From NCBI RefSeq assembly GCF_006345805.1, contig NC_043020.1:27776001-27840000 (forward strand): a DNA stretch of 64,000 nt. The letters are read 5' to 3'. Positions 25,398-40,290 of this stretch are shown in pieces. A program made the position numbers and the translations under genes. Every line of letters begins with the position of its first letter. Position 1 is the first letter of the stretch. The stretch is from Octopus sinensis. Lineage: Eukaryota. The notes beneath the pieces are model-generated. The model was not told where the DNA came from, made no database searches, and saw only the letters and a program-made list of their open reading frames with translations.

Positions 25398-26027
25398 TGA
25401 TATGTATATATGGTTCAAATGTACAGAGACAGAGACAGGCGAGGAAATTACGAGCTGCTTTGACGCTTGGGAAAAATTGAAAAGTCTTCGTCGTTTCGGG
25501 TTTGCGCCCTTCTACAGAAAGGGATGAGAGGGTAAAACACGGAGACAGAAAAAAGAATGCGTCGGGATTTATGGTTCCAAATGTTGAAATGAAGGAAGAA
25601 ACCAATGGAAAAAGGGGATAACAGTGACCCGGCTACACTATACATACATGTATAAAAGTTGAAAATTACATGCGAGTAGATGTCTGCGAAATAAGTATTC
25701 TTACATGGAATACAAATTAAGAAAAAGTCATGTAATAGTCACCTGCAGTTTTTGTATTTATTTTGTTTATGTCTCATAATTGCAAATCACACCTGTTTAT
25801 ATATGTATACATCAAAGAGACATTGTAGCAATAATAAAAAAAAATGTTGTTGTTACTATTGTTATTGTTGTTTTTGTTGTTGTTGTTATTTTTCGGTCAT
25901 TATTCGGAGTTGAACAAAAGTGTCTCGCGTTACGTTTCCAGCTCTTTATGTTTCGAGTAAAAATCCCGTCAACTAAACAAACACATTCCGTTTAAATTTC
26001 GAACTGTATGTCTAACTGAAAAACAAT

Positions 26028-26063
<36 letters not shown>

Positions 26064-26087
26064 CAGCAGCAGCAAAAATTGATAAAA

Positions 26088-26123
<36 letters not shown>

Positions 26124-26128
26124 TATAC

Positions 26129-26750
26129 TTCAGATACTCTATCCTCTAATTAGCCTTAAGATTAAATAACGTTTCACCCACACTTTAATATATTTTTGGA
26201 TGCTCTACCTTCTAACTAGCCTCAAGATTAAATAACGATTATTACCCACACTTTAATATAATTGTAATATTGTTAACATATTTTCAGATACTCTATCCTC
26301 TAATTAGCCTTAAGATTAAATAACGTTTTACCCACACTTTAACTTTAACTTTTTCACCCACACTTTAATATATTTTTGGATGCTCTACCTTCTAATTAGC
26401 ATCAAGATTAAATAACGATTATTACCCACACTTTAATATAATTGTAATATTGTTAACATATTTTCAGATACTCTATCCTCTAATTAGCCTTAAGATTAAA
26501 TAACGTTTTTATCCACACTTTAACTTTTTCACCCACACTTTAATATATTTTTGAATACTCTACCTTCTAATTAGCCCCAAGATTAAATAACGATTATTAC
26601 CCACACTTTAATATAATTGTAATATGTTAACATATTTTCAGATACTCTATCTCCTAATTAGCCTAAGATAAATAACGTTTTTACCCAAAACTTTAATATT
26701 GTTAATATTAATAATACTCTATCCCATAATTAGCCTTAAGATTAAATATC
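26129..26750 (+). repeat. Higher-order tandem repeat (about 155-180 bp dimer of two related about 60-90 bp subunits), 3.5 copies
   Basis: ttcagatactctat recurs at about 26129, 26283, 26463 and 26637, alternating with gga/gaa-t.ctctaccttctaa subunits. Both subunits share aagattaaataacg..acccacactttaa. Confidence 0.85.
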
Positions 26751-26759
26751 TTCTTGTCT

Positions 26760-29700
26760 TCTCTCGAACATAGTTAAATAGATAAACAAATAGACAGATC
26801 ATCCAGCATGTCCAGAGCATGGAGACCTGACGAGCTGGATTTATCCGCACAAGCATGGGAGTGCGCCGGCGGAGATAGCCCTAGCGAGGTGATTGCGGCT
26901 GCGCTGAAGAGCAGAGGCTACAAGAGGACAGCGGCTCAGATGGAGCGAAGAGACGGAATTCGTGCGCTCATATGCACTTGTACGGTCGCACATGGCGCAC
27001 TTGATGCCATCTTTGAGAACGAGCGAGGCAAAGATGACAAGAATGGAGACGATGAAAGAAGTCACCCCCACCGGGTGGATGCCCGGGAGGAGGTTTGAAT
27101 GAGAAACCTGCCCGGGAAGTGAACCCAGGTGCAAGTTCTCCAACCGGCAGCAAAGGCCATGGAGACGGAGAACCCGGTGAAGAGGTAGAGAGGAGGAGGA
27201 AGAACTAAAAGAAGGACTGGTAGAGCTAAAGGAAAAGCTCAAGCAGGACCAAAGGGTGAAAAACCAGGATAGAAGTGGAACCGCAAAAGATGGAAACGGA
27301 CAGCGCACACAGGTGTGTAGGTTCTACCTGAGAGGTTCCTGCTGGCATGGAAAGGAAGGTGCAGGCTGCCGCTTTGCACATCGGGGACCCTGCCACAGAG
27401 ACACGAGGCAGATGGACAAACCATCAACACAAGGAAAAGGGATGGACCACGCACCACTTGCCCCAAAGCGGAGGTACGCAGATGTTGTGCGTGCCACAAA
27501 CCACCAACATGATGTTGTCGAAAGGGCAGCTGCTGAGCAACAATCTTTTTTGTGCATGGCACAAAAGATTGTACAGCAGCTGACCTGGCTTCATCAAACC
27601 CAAGCCCGCAGGTGGGACTACCCACTATATACCAGACCACCACCACAGCAAACAGACCCAGGATGGACACCACCGGCAACAACGTACACCTCACCTCGAT
27701 GCTCCTACTGAACATCAGAGGACTGCAAACACTCAGTAACAGGACAAAAATCCCGTTCCTGAGAGATTTTGTTGCATGCAATCAAGCCTTATGCATAGCA
27801 CTAACGGAAACGCACCTGAAACCGGATATAGCAGATGCGGAGTTACACATACCACAGTATGCTGTACTACGGACCGACAGGAAAGAAAGGAGTCATGGAG
27901 GGTTGCTATGTACATCCGTGAGGACCTCACACCCCAGGTCCTCTTGTCATACTCAAACTCGGTGTGTGACACACTAATTGTACATATTAGGCAACTTGAT
28001 GTAGTTGTGTGTGCTACATACCGCCCTCCAATGCCCCAAGCCATGTGGGCAAGTTTGAAGACTGCCTTATAAAATAGAAGAAGTTCTAACCACATTAGAA
28101 CAACACATAGTGTACTTCTTATGGGAGACTTCAATCTGCCAAATGTCAGATGGCCGCGGGGCCTTTCTCTCCCAGGAATGACAAGATGTGAACGAGGACA
28201 GGCGAGGTCCCTCCTGAACCTCATCAACACCTGTACATGGAGCAGGTAATACTCCAACCAACCAGGGCAGGTAACACACTGGATCTCTGCTTCACAAATG
28301 ACATGGATCTCATCCATAATGTGAAAGTGACACCGTCACTACTCTCGGATCACCACATGATAGAGCTGACCATGTACGGGCCAAAAGAGAGCACGGACAT
28401 GCAGCCTACAAGAAACCCCCAGAATCTTTCCAGCTTGAACTACCATAAGGCAAACTGGAAACAAATTGAGAAAGAGATCCTCAAACAAAACTGGCCTAAA
28501 TGTCTCTCCTCGCCAGACATCGACGTGAAACTTCAACAATTCATGTCTGTAATGCAAGCCATATGCTACAAATATGTCCCAGAGAGAAAGGCCACTGTAC
28601 ACAAGAACAAAATCCCCAGAGAGAGGAAAATTTTAATGAGACGGCGTACGAAATTTTCAAATCGCCTAAACAAACAGATTGAAAGCAGTGAAAAGTCCCG
28701 CCTAAAAATAAAACTGTTGGAAATCGAAAAATGTCTGAAACTCTCCCATGAAAAGGAAAGAGCAGACAAAGAAGCCTGGACTATAGACAACATAAAATCT
28801 AACCCCAGAGCTTTCTACAGGTATGCCAAAGAAACAGCTACGGTGCACTGTAGGATAGGGCCACTCCTCGAAAAGGATGGCACACTTACAGGAAAACCAA
28901 TGAGGGTAAGTGAAATACTGAATGAGCAATTCAAGAGTGTTTTCACTCCACCCCTTGGGCATCTCCAAATCACCAATCCAACTGACTTTTTTACCACTGC
29001 AGATATAAATCAGAGGCGGCGACGATAGATTACATCGATATAAAGGAAGACGATGTAATCAAGGCTATAGATGAAATGAAAACAGACTCAGTACTGGCCC
29101 CGATGGATTCCCGGCAATCCTCCTAAAAGCATGTAAGAGAGTCCTAGCAAGACCACTGCAGTTCCTCTTTCAGAGCTTCCTTGCAGCTGGCAAACTTCCA
29201 AGAAAACTGAAGGAAGGTAAAATATGCCCCATTCATAAAGGAGGTAGCAGAGCGGAAGCCAAGAACTATAGACCTATCTCTCTGACCTCACACATCAGCA
29301 AGGTCATGGAACGAATAGTCAGAAGGAAGCTGATCACCTTCCTTGAAGAAAATGACTTGCTGCCCGACACCCAACATGGTTTCCGACCAGGGAGAAGCTG
29401 TTTAACTCAGCTCCTACAACACTATGACTGGGTGCTGAAACGGCTGCTCAACCACTCAAATGTGGAAGTGATATATCTCGACTTGCAAAGGCCTTTGATA
29501 AAGTCGATCATGGAATGATATGTCACAAACTGCGTGATCTCAACATAGTTGGAAAACTGGGAGAATGGCTTCATGACTTTCTGAAAGATAGAAGTCAGGT
29601 GGTAGTGGCCAATGGGGCCACTTCCATTAACACGCAAATAGTGAGCGGTGTTCCGCAGGGCACTGTTCTGGGACCACTACTGTTCATAATGGCCCTCTCA

Positions 29701-30741
29701 GACATGCCCTCAGCCACGCAGAGAGCCACGATCACAAGTTATGCAGATGATACAAAAGTTTCACAGGCAATACAGAACCCTGAGGACACTAAACACCTGC
29801 AATGTGAGCTAGACAAAATACACAAGTGGGCCGAAAAGAATAGCATGCAGTTCAATGCTGAAAAGTTTCAAGCTCTATACTATCAGCATGCAAAACTAAA
29901 TGCAATACCCAATGAATACACTGGACCCGGAGGAATAGCAATCCCAGAGGCACAATCAGTGCGTGACCTGGGTATTCACATGAGTGATGACGCGACCTTT
30001 CGTGTACATGTTGCTAAATTGGCAATGAAATGTAGACGACTGGCCGGATGGATCCTCAGAACCTTTAGAACAAGAGAACAAGAAACCATGATGGTCCTCT
30101 GGAGGACACTTGTCCTAAGCCACTTTGACTACTGCTCTCAGTTATGGTCACCATCCAGTGTCAGTGATCACAGAGCTCGAGGCGATCCAACGTAGCTACA
30201 CGAAGAAGATAGCCTCTATGCAGAATGTAAGCTACTGGGAAAGACTCAGGAAATTAAAATTATATTCCCTGGAGCGTAGGCGGAAAAGATATGCCATAAT
30301 ATACATCTGGAAGATCCTGGAGGGACGTGTCCTGAACTTTGGCATCGAGAGTTACGCAAATGCCAGAACTGGGCGCCACTGCGTGGTGCCTAGGACTCCA
30401 AACTTGCCATCAAGATGTAGGACAAGATTCTGTGATAGCCTGGGCTTCCGAGGCCCACAGCTCTTCAATATCCTCCCGAAGAACCTGAGAGACCTGCATG
30501 GGTGGATACAGATGTTCTTTAAAATGAAGCTGGATCTCTTCCTGTCAGGTGTCCCAGATGAACCAACTTCACGGCAGGAGGGGTAGATGAGGGCAGCTGC
30601 ATCGAACTCTCTCATGCACCAAATAGCAGCTGCTAGAAAACCTTCATGAAGTGAAACCAAGTAGCAACACCAAATGGCGGTGCCCCAGCATGGCCACAGC
30701 TCATAAGCTGAAACTGGAAAAATCAAAATCAAAATCAAATC
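26760..30741 (+). mobile_element. Near full-length CR1/L2-group LINE: ORF1 with CCCH zinc finger, ORF2 APE endonuclease plus RT, (AAATC)n tail
   Basis: CRFYLRGSCWHGKEGAGCRFAH; LLNIRGL..ALTETHL..RTDR; NYRPISLTS, QHGFRPGRSCLTQLL, SGVPQGTVLGPLLF, YADD; LYSLERRR. Broken by several 1-bp frameshifts. Exact clade uncertain. Confidence 0.9.
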
Positions 30742-30760
30742 ATTATTATTATTATTATTA

Positions 30761-31798
30761 CTTTTTTTTTTCTTCTTTCAAATTTTCTTCCATTTCTTGC
30801 CGAGTGTCTTCCCGACTCCTAGGGCAAAGAAACTCATAGTGTATATTGGTAGGCCATTAAACCAAACTCAGTAGTTCGTTCATTTTTTTTTTTTTTTTTT
30901 TAAAGTTAAATTAAAATACATGGGCAGCAACAGTTCTCACATCGACAATGCTCTTCTCATACGTGTGATGTACCAGTTAAGACAATCTTTTGCACTGCTT
31001 GCAGGGATGGTAAGCCAGGGATCATTCTCATATAATTTTCGGTTCCCTTCTTGATCATTCCTAGTGCTCCTACGATCACTGGTATTGTAACCGCCTTGAG
31101 ATGCCACATTTCTCAATTTCAATGAGTAGGTCTTTATTTTTCTGAGCTTGTCAAACTCTTTCGCTGAGATATTATGATCACAGGGGATGCTCATGTCGAT
31201 CAATAAGCAAACTTTATTTTTTGGTCTTTCACAACAATATCTGGTTTATTGGCCTTGATGGTTCGGTCTGTATGTACTGGAAAGTCCACAGAATGGTTAC
31301 ATTTTCTCCTTCAGTTACAGCCTCAGGGTGGTGATTATACCACTTGTCGGCAGTTTTGATATTGTAATGCCGACTTATTAGCCAGTGGAGATATTGGCCA
31401 ACTCTGTCATGTCTTAATTTATACTCCACTGGTGCTAAGACTTTACATCCAGAGATTAGGTGGTCCACTGTTTCAATCATGTCGTTGCAGAATCGGCATT
31501 TTGGGTCTGCTCCATTTTTCATCACATTGGCCTGGTAGTTCCGGGTTAATAGGCTTTGGTCTTGAGCAGCCAGGATGAAACCTTCGCTCTCTGCTTTTAG
31601 CCTGAGCTCCGCAGCACTGATGGGTTTGCTTCTGGTCAACATCAGCTTGTTGCTGCGGGTCACATATTTGCCGTGCAGAGGTTTCTCCTCCCACCTATCA
31701 GCCAATTGCTCGTGCGCTTTTTTCATTGCCATCATTTTCACCTTCTTTGCAACAATAGTTGCCGTACTTCCTCGGGTTGTTCAGTTTGGGTATCCTGC
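30761..31798 (-). mobile_element. R4/Dong-like non-LTR retrotransposon 3' fragment (CCHC plus restriction-like endonuclease), copy 1
   Basis: AAQDQSLLTRNY, CRFCN..ETVDHLISGC, RHDRV, then (frameshifted) ANKPDIVV..LIDMSIPCD..KE.DK. Both ends abut (TAA/TAT)n. Confidence 0.85.
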
Positions 31799-31799
31799 A

Positions 31800-31861
<62 letters not shown>

Positions 31862-31866
31862 TATTA

Positions 31867-32434
<568 letters not shown>

Positions 32435-33024
32435 TTAACTGCTCAAGACCAAAGCTTATTAACCCGGAACTACCAAGCCAATGTGATAAAAAATGGAGCT
32501 GACCCAAAATGCCGATTCTGTAACGATGAGATTGAAACAATAGACCACCTAATCTCAGGGTGTAGAGTCTTAGCACCTGTAGAATATAAAGCAAGGCATG
32601 ACAGAGTCGGCCAGTATTTACATTGGACAATATGTCAGCATTATGAAATCAAAACCGTTGACAAATGGTATAAACACCATCCTGAAGCTGTGACTGAGGG
32701 AGAACATGTGTCGATTCTATGGGACCTCCCCGTACAGACCGACAAAACTATAAAAGCTAATAAACCGGATATTATTATAAAAAATCAGACAAAAAAAAGG
32801 TGTGTTTATTAATTGACATGAGTATTCCTTGCGATCACAATATAGCGGTGAAAGAATTTGACAAGATCAGAAAAATATAAAGACTTGCTAATAGAAACTG
32901 AAAAAATGTGACATCTCAAGGCGACTACAGTACCAGTGATTGTAGGATCTCTAGGAATGATAAAAAAAGGTACTGAAACCTATTTGAAAATGATACCAGG
33001 CTTACCATCCCTACAGGAAGTGCT
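32435..33024 (+). mobile_element. R4/Dong-like fragment, copy 3
   Basis: ORF 32483-32812: CRFCNDEIETIDHLISGC..RHDRV..LWDLPVQTDKTIKANKPDIII. Begins at the end of (TAA)n. Confidence 0.85.
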
Positions 33025-33449
33025 ATCATATACATTGTTTGGTCTTGTTATAAAAGATGGCCTACAGCAAATGTTCTTTCTATTATCTTGAAGCAGACAA
33101 ACACTCCAAACGATTAAGATGACTTCTATTTCGAGACTCGTACATTTCCGTTCATAGTCGCTTTTTTTTGCTTCATAACACTGACATAAAAGATCCGGTA
33201 CTTTAAACATTTGATATATCTATAATTGTATTAAAACTATCAAATAATGAGTGAAGTAAACAAATGCATTCAATAGACAAAATGTTTAATTATGCATTCG
33301 AAGTCGTTCATTGCAAAACCCTTTTTTTTATTATTATTATTATTATAATGATTTATTCGTCTTATTTTGTCAGTAAACATTTTCCCCATATTCCGCTTCC
33401 TTCGTTATTCTGACGTGTTCTACTTAAAATAAAAGTTATAATAAACACT

Positions 33450-33945
33450 CATTCAAAAATCGACCCCGAAAGGATGAAAGGCAAAATCGACCTCGGCGGA
33501 ATTTGAACTCAGAACGTAACGGCAGATGAAATACGAAAATCGTAAATAAATACCTATTTCTTTACAACCCACAAGGGGCTAAACACAGAGAGGACAAACA
33601 AGGACACACAAACAGATTAAGTCGATTACATCGACCCCAGTGCGTAACTGGTACTTATTAATCAACCCCGAAAGGATGAAAGGCAAAGTTCACCTCGTCG
33701 AAATTTGAACTCAGAACGTAGCGGCAGACGAAATACCTATTTTTTTACTACCCACAAGGGGCTAAACACAGAGGGGACAAACAAGGACAGACAAACGGAT
33801 TAAGTCGATTACATCGACCCCAGTGCATAACTGGTACTTAATTTATCGACCTCGAAAGAATGAAAGGCAAAATCGACCTCGGCGGAATTTGAACTCAGAA
33901 CGTAACGGCAGACGAAATACGAAAATTGTAAATAAATACCTTTTA
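33450..33945 (-). mobile_element. Tandem SINE-B bodies, about 2.7 units
   Basis: Same unit and junction (gaaatacctattt.tttacta) as the 21.9-23.4 kb array. Confidence 0.85.
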
Positions 33946-34555
33946 AGACTGTTTGCATTTCCTGTCCCTTTCAAATTTAAAATTTCGTGCATTCGGTTTG
34001 AAGTCAGCTTTCCCACGTTCTTATTTCTCGTATTTTGCATTCTGGATGAATATAGAATTGAACAAACGCCCACACAAACGTTCCGGTCAAACAATTAGAG
34101 CGATTAGTTTAAATTAAAATTAATATAACGATGTTTTCATGAGAAATTAATTTCCTTTGATGGTCTCTTATAATCTTGAAACTATGCATAAGCTCCCGCA
34201 CGAACAATATAAACATTTCCCTCAGTTTATGTCAACAGACATTAAAGATTCAACGCTAGTATCTACATGAAGATTGTATAAATCTTTCATCAAAGACCGT
34301 TAGCGACAAGATTTTGTGCAAGTTGTTTACCTCATTATACATTGGAAGTTTACATACCCTAACACCCGAAATACATTCACATGTCGAAAACTGGTACTAA
34401 ATAATAGAATTTTTTAAGATTCCATCCTAACCCGGGTTAACAACGAACACAGGTTTGCTGTAGAGCACGCAGGGGATAACCAAGAAGAAAGTTAACAAAG
34501 AATCGGTAAGTGTAGAGAAACATACATACACCTATTGATAGATGCATACATGTAT

Positions 34556-34634
<79 letters not shown>

Positions 34635-34812
34635 TAAATATTTTCTCTCTTTATTTTCTCTCCTTGTTTCTTTCTGTGTTCCTTTCTGCAGAAGAGCGTA
34701 TGCTCGAAACGTAAAAGACTTTTTCACTTCCCGAGCGTTATACTAATACATCTATTTGTTGTCTACATCACCTGTCTTCGTCTTTTGTTTTTGTGAATTC
34801 TCCCCTATATTT

Positions 34813-34911
<99 letters not shown>

Positions 34912-35487
34912 AATTAAATAATGAGGGTGATAAATTGAATATTAATTTAATTAACATCAATTTAAAACCACTAACCTAGCATATAGAAAAATCTGAGAAT
35001 TCATATTTGTATTACAAGCGTATTACTGGTGTTTGCTGATTTTTTTTCTAGAAAACATTCTTTTCTTTGTGGTAGATCGTAGGTGATCTACTTCTAGCAT
35101 ATTGGTATCCACTTAGTGGTCATCCCTTTTTATACGTATGTATATATATATATATATATATATATACAAATATATATATATATATATATTAATATATATA
35201 TATATATATATGTATATACAAATATATATATATATATAGTTATATATGTATACGTATATATATATATATCTGTATATAATAGTTATCGCCATACTAATAT
35301 GGCATTCTTATAAAAATAAGAATAAGCTGTCCGCTTATTAGCTTTATTCTTATTTTATAAGAATGCCATATTAGTATGGCGATAACTATTATTTTCCGGA
35401 ACGCTGCCGCTGTTCTCTTTTAGAGAGACTTAGTAATTTTAATATTTCTATTATATGTATATATATATATATATATATAATATATAT

Positions 35488-35553
<66 letters not shown>

Positions 35554-35904
35554 TTATATAATATAATATATATATATAATATATACGTATAAAGAGCGTA
35601 GGCTCGAAACGTAAAAGACTTTTTCACTTCCCAAGCGTTTATACTGATACATATGTTTGTTTTCTACACACCTGTCTTCGTCTTTTGTTGTTTTTTTTCG
35701 TGAATTCTCCCTGTACATACATACATACATACATACATACATACATACATACTACATACATACATACAACATACATACATACATACTACATACATATATA
35801 TATATATATCAAACCAGCTTGATTCAGAATCAAACTGGTTTGATCTATACATGTAACTCCCAATACAATTGTTGATTGCCTTTCACTCGTTTGTCTAATC
35901 ACTC

Positions 35905-35967
<63 letters not shown>

Positions 35968-36031
35968 ATATTGTATGTATGTATGTATATATATATATAT
36001 ATATATAATATATATTATATATATAGACATG

Positions 36032-36103
<72 letters not shown>

Positions 36104-36249
36104 ATATATATGATATATATTCATATATATATGTATATATATATTCATATATATATATATATATGATATATATCTACATATATGTATGTATATGTATTAT
36201 ATGTTGTGTAGTTATATATTATATATATATATATAATATATATCTATAT

Positions 36250-37240
36250 ATTATTTATTTATTTATTTATATATAGATTTGATAGTCCTACATGTTTTTT
36301 CTACAACTTTGATCTTAAGGCCAGTTGTGCGCAGGATTTTCTTAAATGCCTTACATAATTCGTTCTTAGGTGTGGCGTTAACATTACACTGTGAAATTTC
36401 TTGTTATCATACCAAGTATTGATTTTATTTCTTTTGTTGGTGTCCCTCTCTAACCTATTCCAGAACTTGCTGCCGTATAGGGGGCATATACCGTTTTCGT
36501 CATCTCTTAGAATGCGTTCGAAACTTGTTTTCGCTCAATTGCACATTCTGATTCTATCGTACTGTGTGTATCCGCAACGTTGCATTCGGGATATGTAGGC
36601 TGCTGAGGAGACGAAGGACTCCTCAGGGAAGGGCCGCAAGAGGAAGAAGGTGAGCAACAATAGTTGCTCATCGAAGGATCCTGGGGATGAGGGAGGAGAG
36701 GTGAATCTCCTGGTCACGGAGGAGACACACCCTCCTCAGGTGAGAGGGAAAAAGAGGAAGATGCAGTTAAACGGGACATTGCCGGCAGTCGGTGACAGCA
36801 CCGGAATGTTCCGGAACTTTGCCGGTAGGAGTTGTGCCACCGGCAGGGGAAGAGACACCGTTGGGGGGAATTGTGTCACCAACGGTAGAATTGCTACCTC
36901 GGACCCGGAGGAAGAGGAACTATTGGTCTTCTTCAACAGAGGCGGAGAGGTAGAAGAGGTGGTGGAAAAGCACCATAAGGGAGTACTTTTAACCTTCACA
37001 CAGGATCCCGAAAGACACCGCAGATGGCTGTGGAGGTCATAACGGTGTCTGTGAGGTGTAGGCTACAGGGACTCAATGAGGAATATCGCTTGTGGCCGGG
37101 CGACGCCGGCTCGGATCCCGCCTTGGTCTTGAATGAGGCGTGGGGGATGAGTATACGGGCACAAGGGATGTTGGGGAGGAATAATGACAAGTGGTTGAAA
37201 AGCCTCAGTGTTATAATGTTCATTATATTTATTGAATGTT
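36250..37240 (-). mobile_element. Possible degenerate Penelope-like element fragments
   Basis: Minus-strand translations NATPKNELCKAFKKILRTTGLKIKVVEKTCRTIKS (about 36270-36390) and LFNHLSLF..CARILIPHASF (about 37130-37220) resemble PLE ORF segments, recognised from memory only. Confidence 0.3.
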
Positions 37241-37504
37241 ATTGTGTTTAAGAGGCTTAAACATTCTTAAATGGACAATTAGTCCAAAAATTGTGAAACT
37301 GAAGTGAGAGGTTCAATACCTCGTTTTGCCTTTTTCTGTGAAAACAAAGAAGAGAATAATGTTTTTGAGAAGCGAAGGATCGGCGGCCGTTTTTTGTCTT
37401 ATATCGTCCTTATCATCATTCTTATCATCATATTCCTCATCAATGTCTTTGTCCAGCCCGCAAGCTACTTTGTATCGTGCTTTTATGGCAAAAAGTTTGA
37501 AATA

Positions 37505-37890
37505 AAGTAGCTTGCTTACCAACCACATGGTTCCGGGTTCAGTCCCACTGCCTGGCACCTTGGGCAAGTGTCTTCTACTATAGCCTCGAGCCGACCAAAG
37601 CCTTGTGAGTGGATTTCGTGAGTGGAGACAGAAACTGAAAGAAGCCCGTCGTATATATGTATATATATGTGTGTGTGTGGGGGGGTGTTTGTGTGTCTGT
37701 GTTTGTCCCCTAACATCGCTTCACAACCGATACTGGTGTGTTTACGTCCCCGTAAGCTAGCGGTTTGGCAAAAAGAGACCGATAGAATAAGTACTAGGCT
37801 TACAAAGAATAAGTCCTGGGGTCAATTTGCTCGACTAAAGGCGGTGCTCCAGCATGGCCGCAGTCAAGTGACTGAAACAAGTAAAACAGT
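37505..37890 (+). mobile_element. SINE family A, 5'-truncated
   Basis: Head, microsatellite and tail as in other copies. Confidence 0.85.
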
Positions 37891-38527
37891 AAAATGAGAG
37901 TATACAAAAGATAGCATTTCATCATTTCATCATTCCACAGACTTGGCATTTCAAGGATTACTGAACGCCAACAATTAAATAGCGTGCAATTATGTCAGTA
38001 GAGGATTCACATGAGATGAAGGCGGTCATGGGAGAGTGAAAGGAACTAAATATAAAGGAGAGGAATTTGTTCAGATTCCGTTGCAGGCTGACACAAGAGC
38101 GACCACCTGTCTTATTGCATATGAGGAGGAGTAAGGGTAGACATGAGGAAGATGACAAAGAAACGGTGAGTAAAGAAAAGACGAACAAACCCACACGCAC
38201 ACTGAAACACACACGATATATATATATATATATATATATATAGTCGCCATGATAGATCGTTAGCCACTACACACATTTTTTTCTCTCCTTGTTTTTTTTT
38301 CTGTGTCCCTTTCTGTAGAAGAGCGTAGGCTCGAAACGTAAAAGACTTTTTCTATTCGTGAGCGTTATACTAATACATCTGTTTGTTTTGTAGCTGTTGT
38401 CATTATTCTTTTTCCGTATCAAAGTCAGCCCTGCAACGTTAGTCCTATGGTCGACTTCGTCCCACCCAGGACAAATAATCTTTAGTAATATCCAGTACCA
38501 TGTTATCGAATATTACATTGAGGTTAA

Positions 38528-38764
38528 GGCGGCGAGCTGGCAGAAACGTTAGCGCGCCGGGCGAAATGCTTTGAAGTATTTCGTCTGCCGCTACGTTCTG
38601 AGTTCAGATTCCGCCGAGTTCGACTTTGCCTTTCATCCTTTCGGGGTCGATTAAATAAGTACCAGTTATTTACTGGGGTCGATGTAGTCGACTTAATCCG
38701 TTTGTCTGTCCTTGTTTGTCCTCTCTGTGTTTAGCCCCTTGTGGGTAGTAAAGAAATAGGTATT
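38528..38764 (+). mobile_element. SINE family B, full monomer
   Basis: ggcggcgagctggcagaaacgttagc ... cccttgtgggtagtaaagaaataggtatt. Confidence 0.88.
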
Positions 38765-39719
38765 TTAAATAAATAAAAATAGAACAAAAAACATTCGTTT
38801 ATCCTGCAACTTTTCATTACTTCGGATGAACCAAACGAAGCATATTGAAAATAGGGATTCACGTTCATCTATTAATTTGGAAATTATGGGTTGACGAGAC
38901 AGCTAGAAATAAATGCTAAATGTATTTTCTTTATCACCTCAGTTTATATAAAATATAAATCACGTTGTAAACTTTCCTATAACGTCCAGATTTTGGTTTT
39001 AATCGTCTTAACGCCAATACTATGAAACTTGCTTTTTAAGATTAAAGTAATTTTTGTTTGCCCACTATATACAAATTCTAACGATTTTGATCAATAAAAT
39101 TTATCCCAGTTGGCAATACTGAGTTAAGTCAGTCGCCGTAAGACGGTCAAACAGAGCAATTGCTGAAGCTCTTTGCTGGTAAGCAAATAACAGATTGTGG
39201 TAATTAGTGTATTTTTATAGCATTTGTTTTGTATTACGGTGTGTATTTATTTTTATTTTTCTCATCGTAATTATTGTTTTCTACATTTCTTTTCACATAT
39301 TTTATGGTAATTATTGTATGGTAATTAAAATGCAATCAAATAAACGTGCTTGTGTAAATCAACCAAACAACTTCTACTGTATCTGTGGACAATATACACT
39401 TAAGCCACAATCGTTCCAGCACACTATCTCAGATCAGGTCACTTGCTATGCAAGTACATCTCCGTAATTTATATATTTCAAACATATATTTGCACGACAG
39501 TGTGTCATGAAAACTATATATAAAATTTGACAGAAAACAACAGACGAAGACAAGCGTAAGAACAACAAACAGGTGTATTAGTTTAACTTAACGCTCGGGG
39601 AAAATGTAAAAGTATTTTGCGTTTCGAGCCTACGCTCTTCGTCAGAAAGGAAGGAATAAGGAGGGAAAAATGGAGAGAGAATGACAAAACAAAAAAAAAT
39701 CAAAAACGGTGGGAGAAAA

Positions 39720-39731
39720 ACTTTGAATATA

Positions 39732-39766
<35 letters not shown>

Positions 39767-39777
39767 TGTATGCATGC

Positions 39778-39810
<33 letters not shown>

Positions 39811-40290
39811 TGTATGTATGTATGTATGTATGTGTGTATGTATGTATGTATGTGTGTATGTATGTATGTATGTATGCATACTTGTAAGTATGTATGTATG
39901 TATGTATGTATTTATGTATGTATTTATGTATGTATGTATGTATTTATGTATGTATGTATGTATGTATGCATGTATGTATGTATGTATGTATGTATGTGTG
40001 TATGTATGTATGTATGTGTGTATGTATGTATGTATGTATGCATACTTGTAAGTATGTATGTATGTATGTATGTATTTATGTATGTATGTATGTATGTATG
40101 CATGTATGTATGTATGTATGTATGTATGTATTTATGTATGCATGTATTATGTATTTATGTATTTATGTAAGTATGTATGTATGCAGGCATGTATGTATTT
40201 ATGTATTTAGTGTAAGTATGTATGCATGTGTATGTATGTATGTATGTATGTATGTATGTATGTATGTATGTATGTATGCATGTATGTATT
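39720..40290. repeat. (TATG)n microsatellite, about 570 bp
   Basis: Directly visible. Confidence 0.95.
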
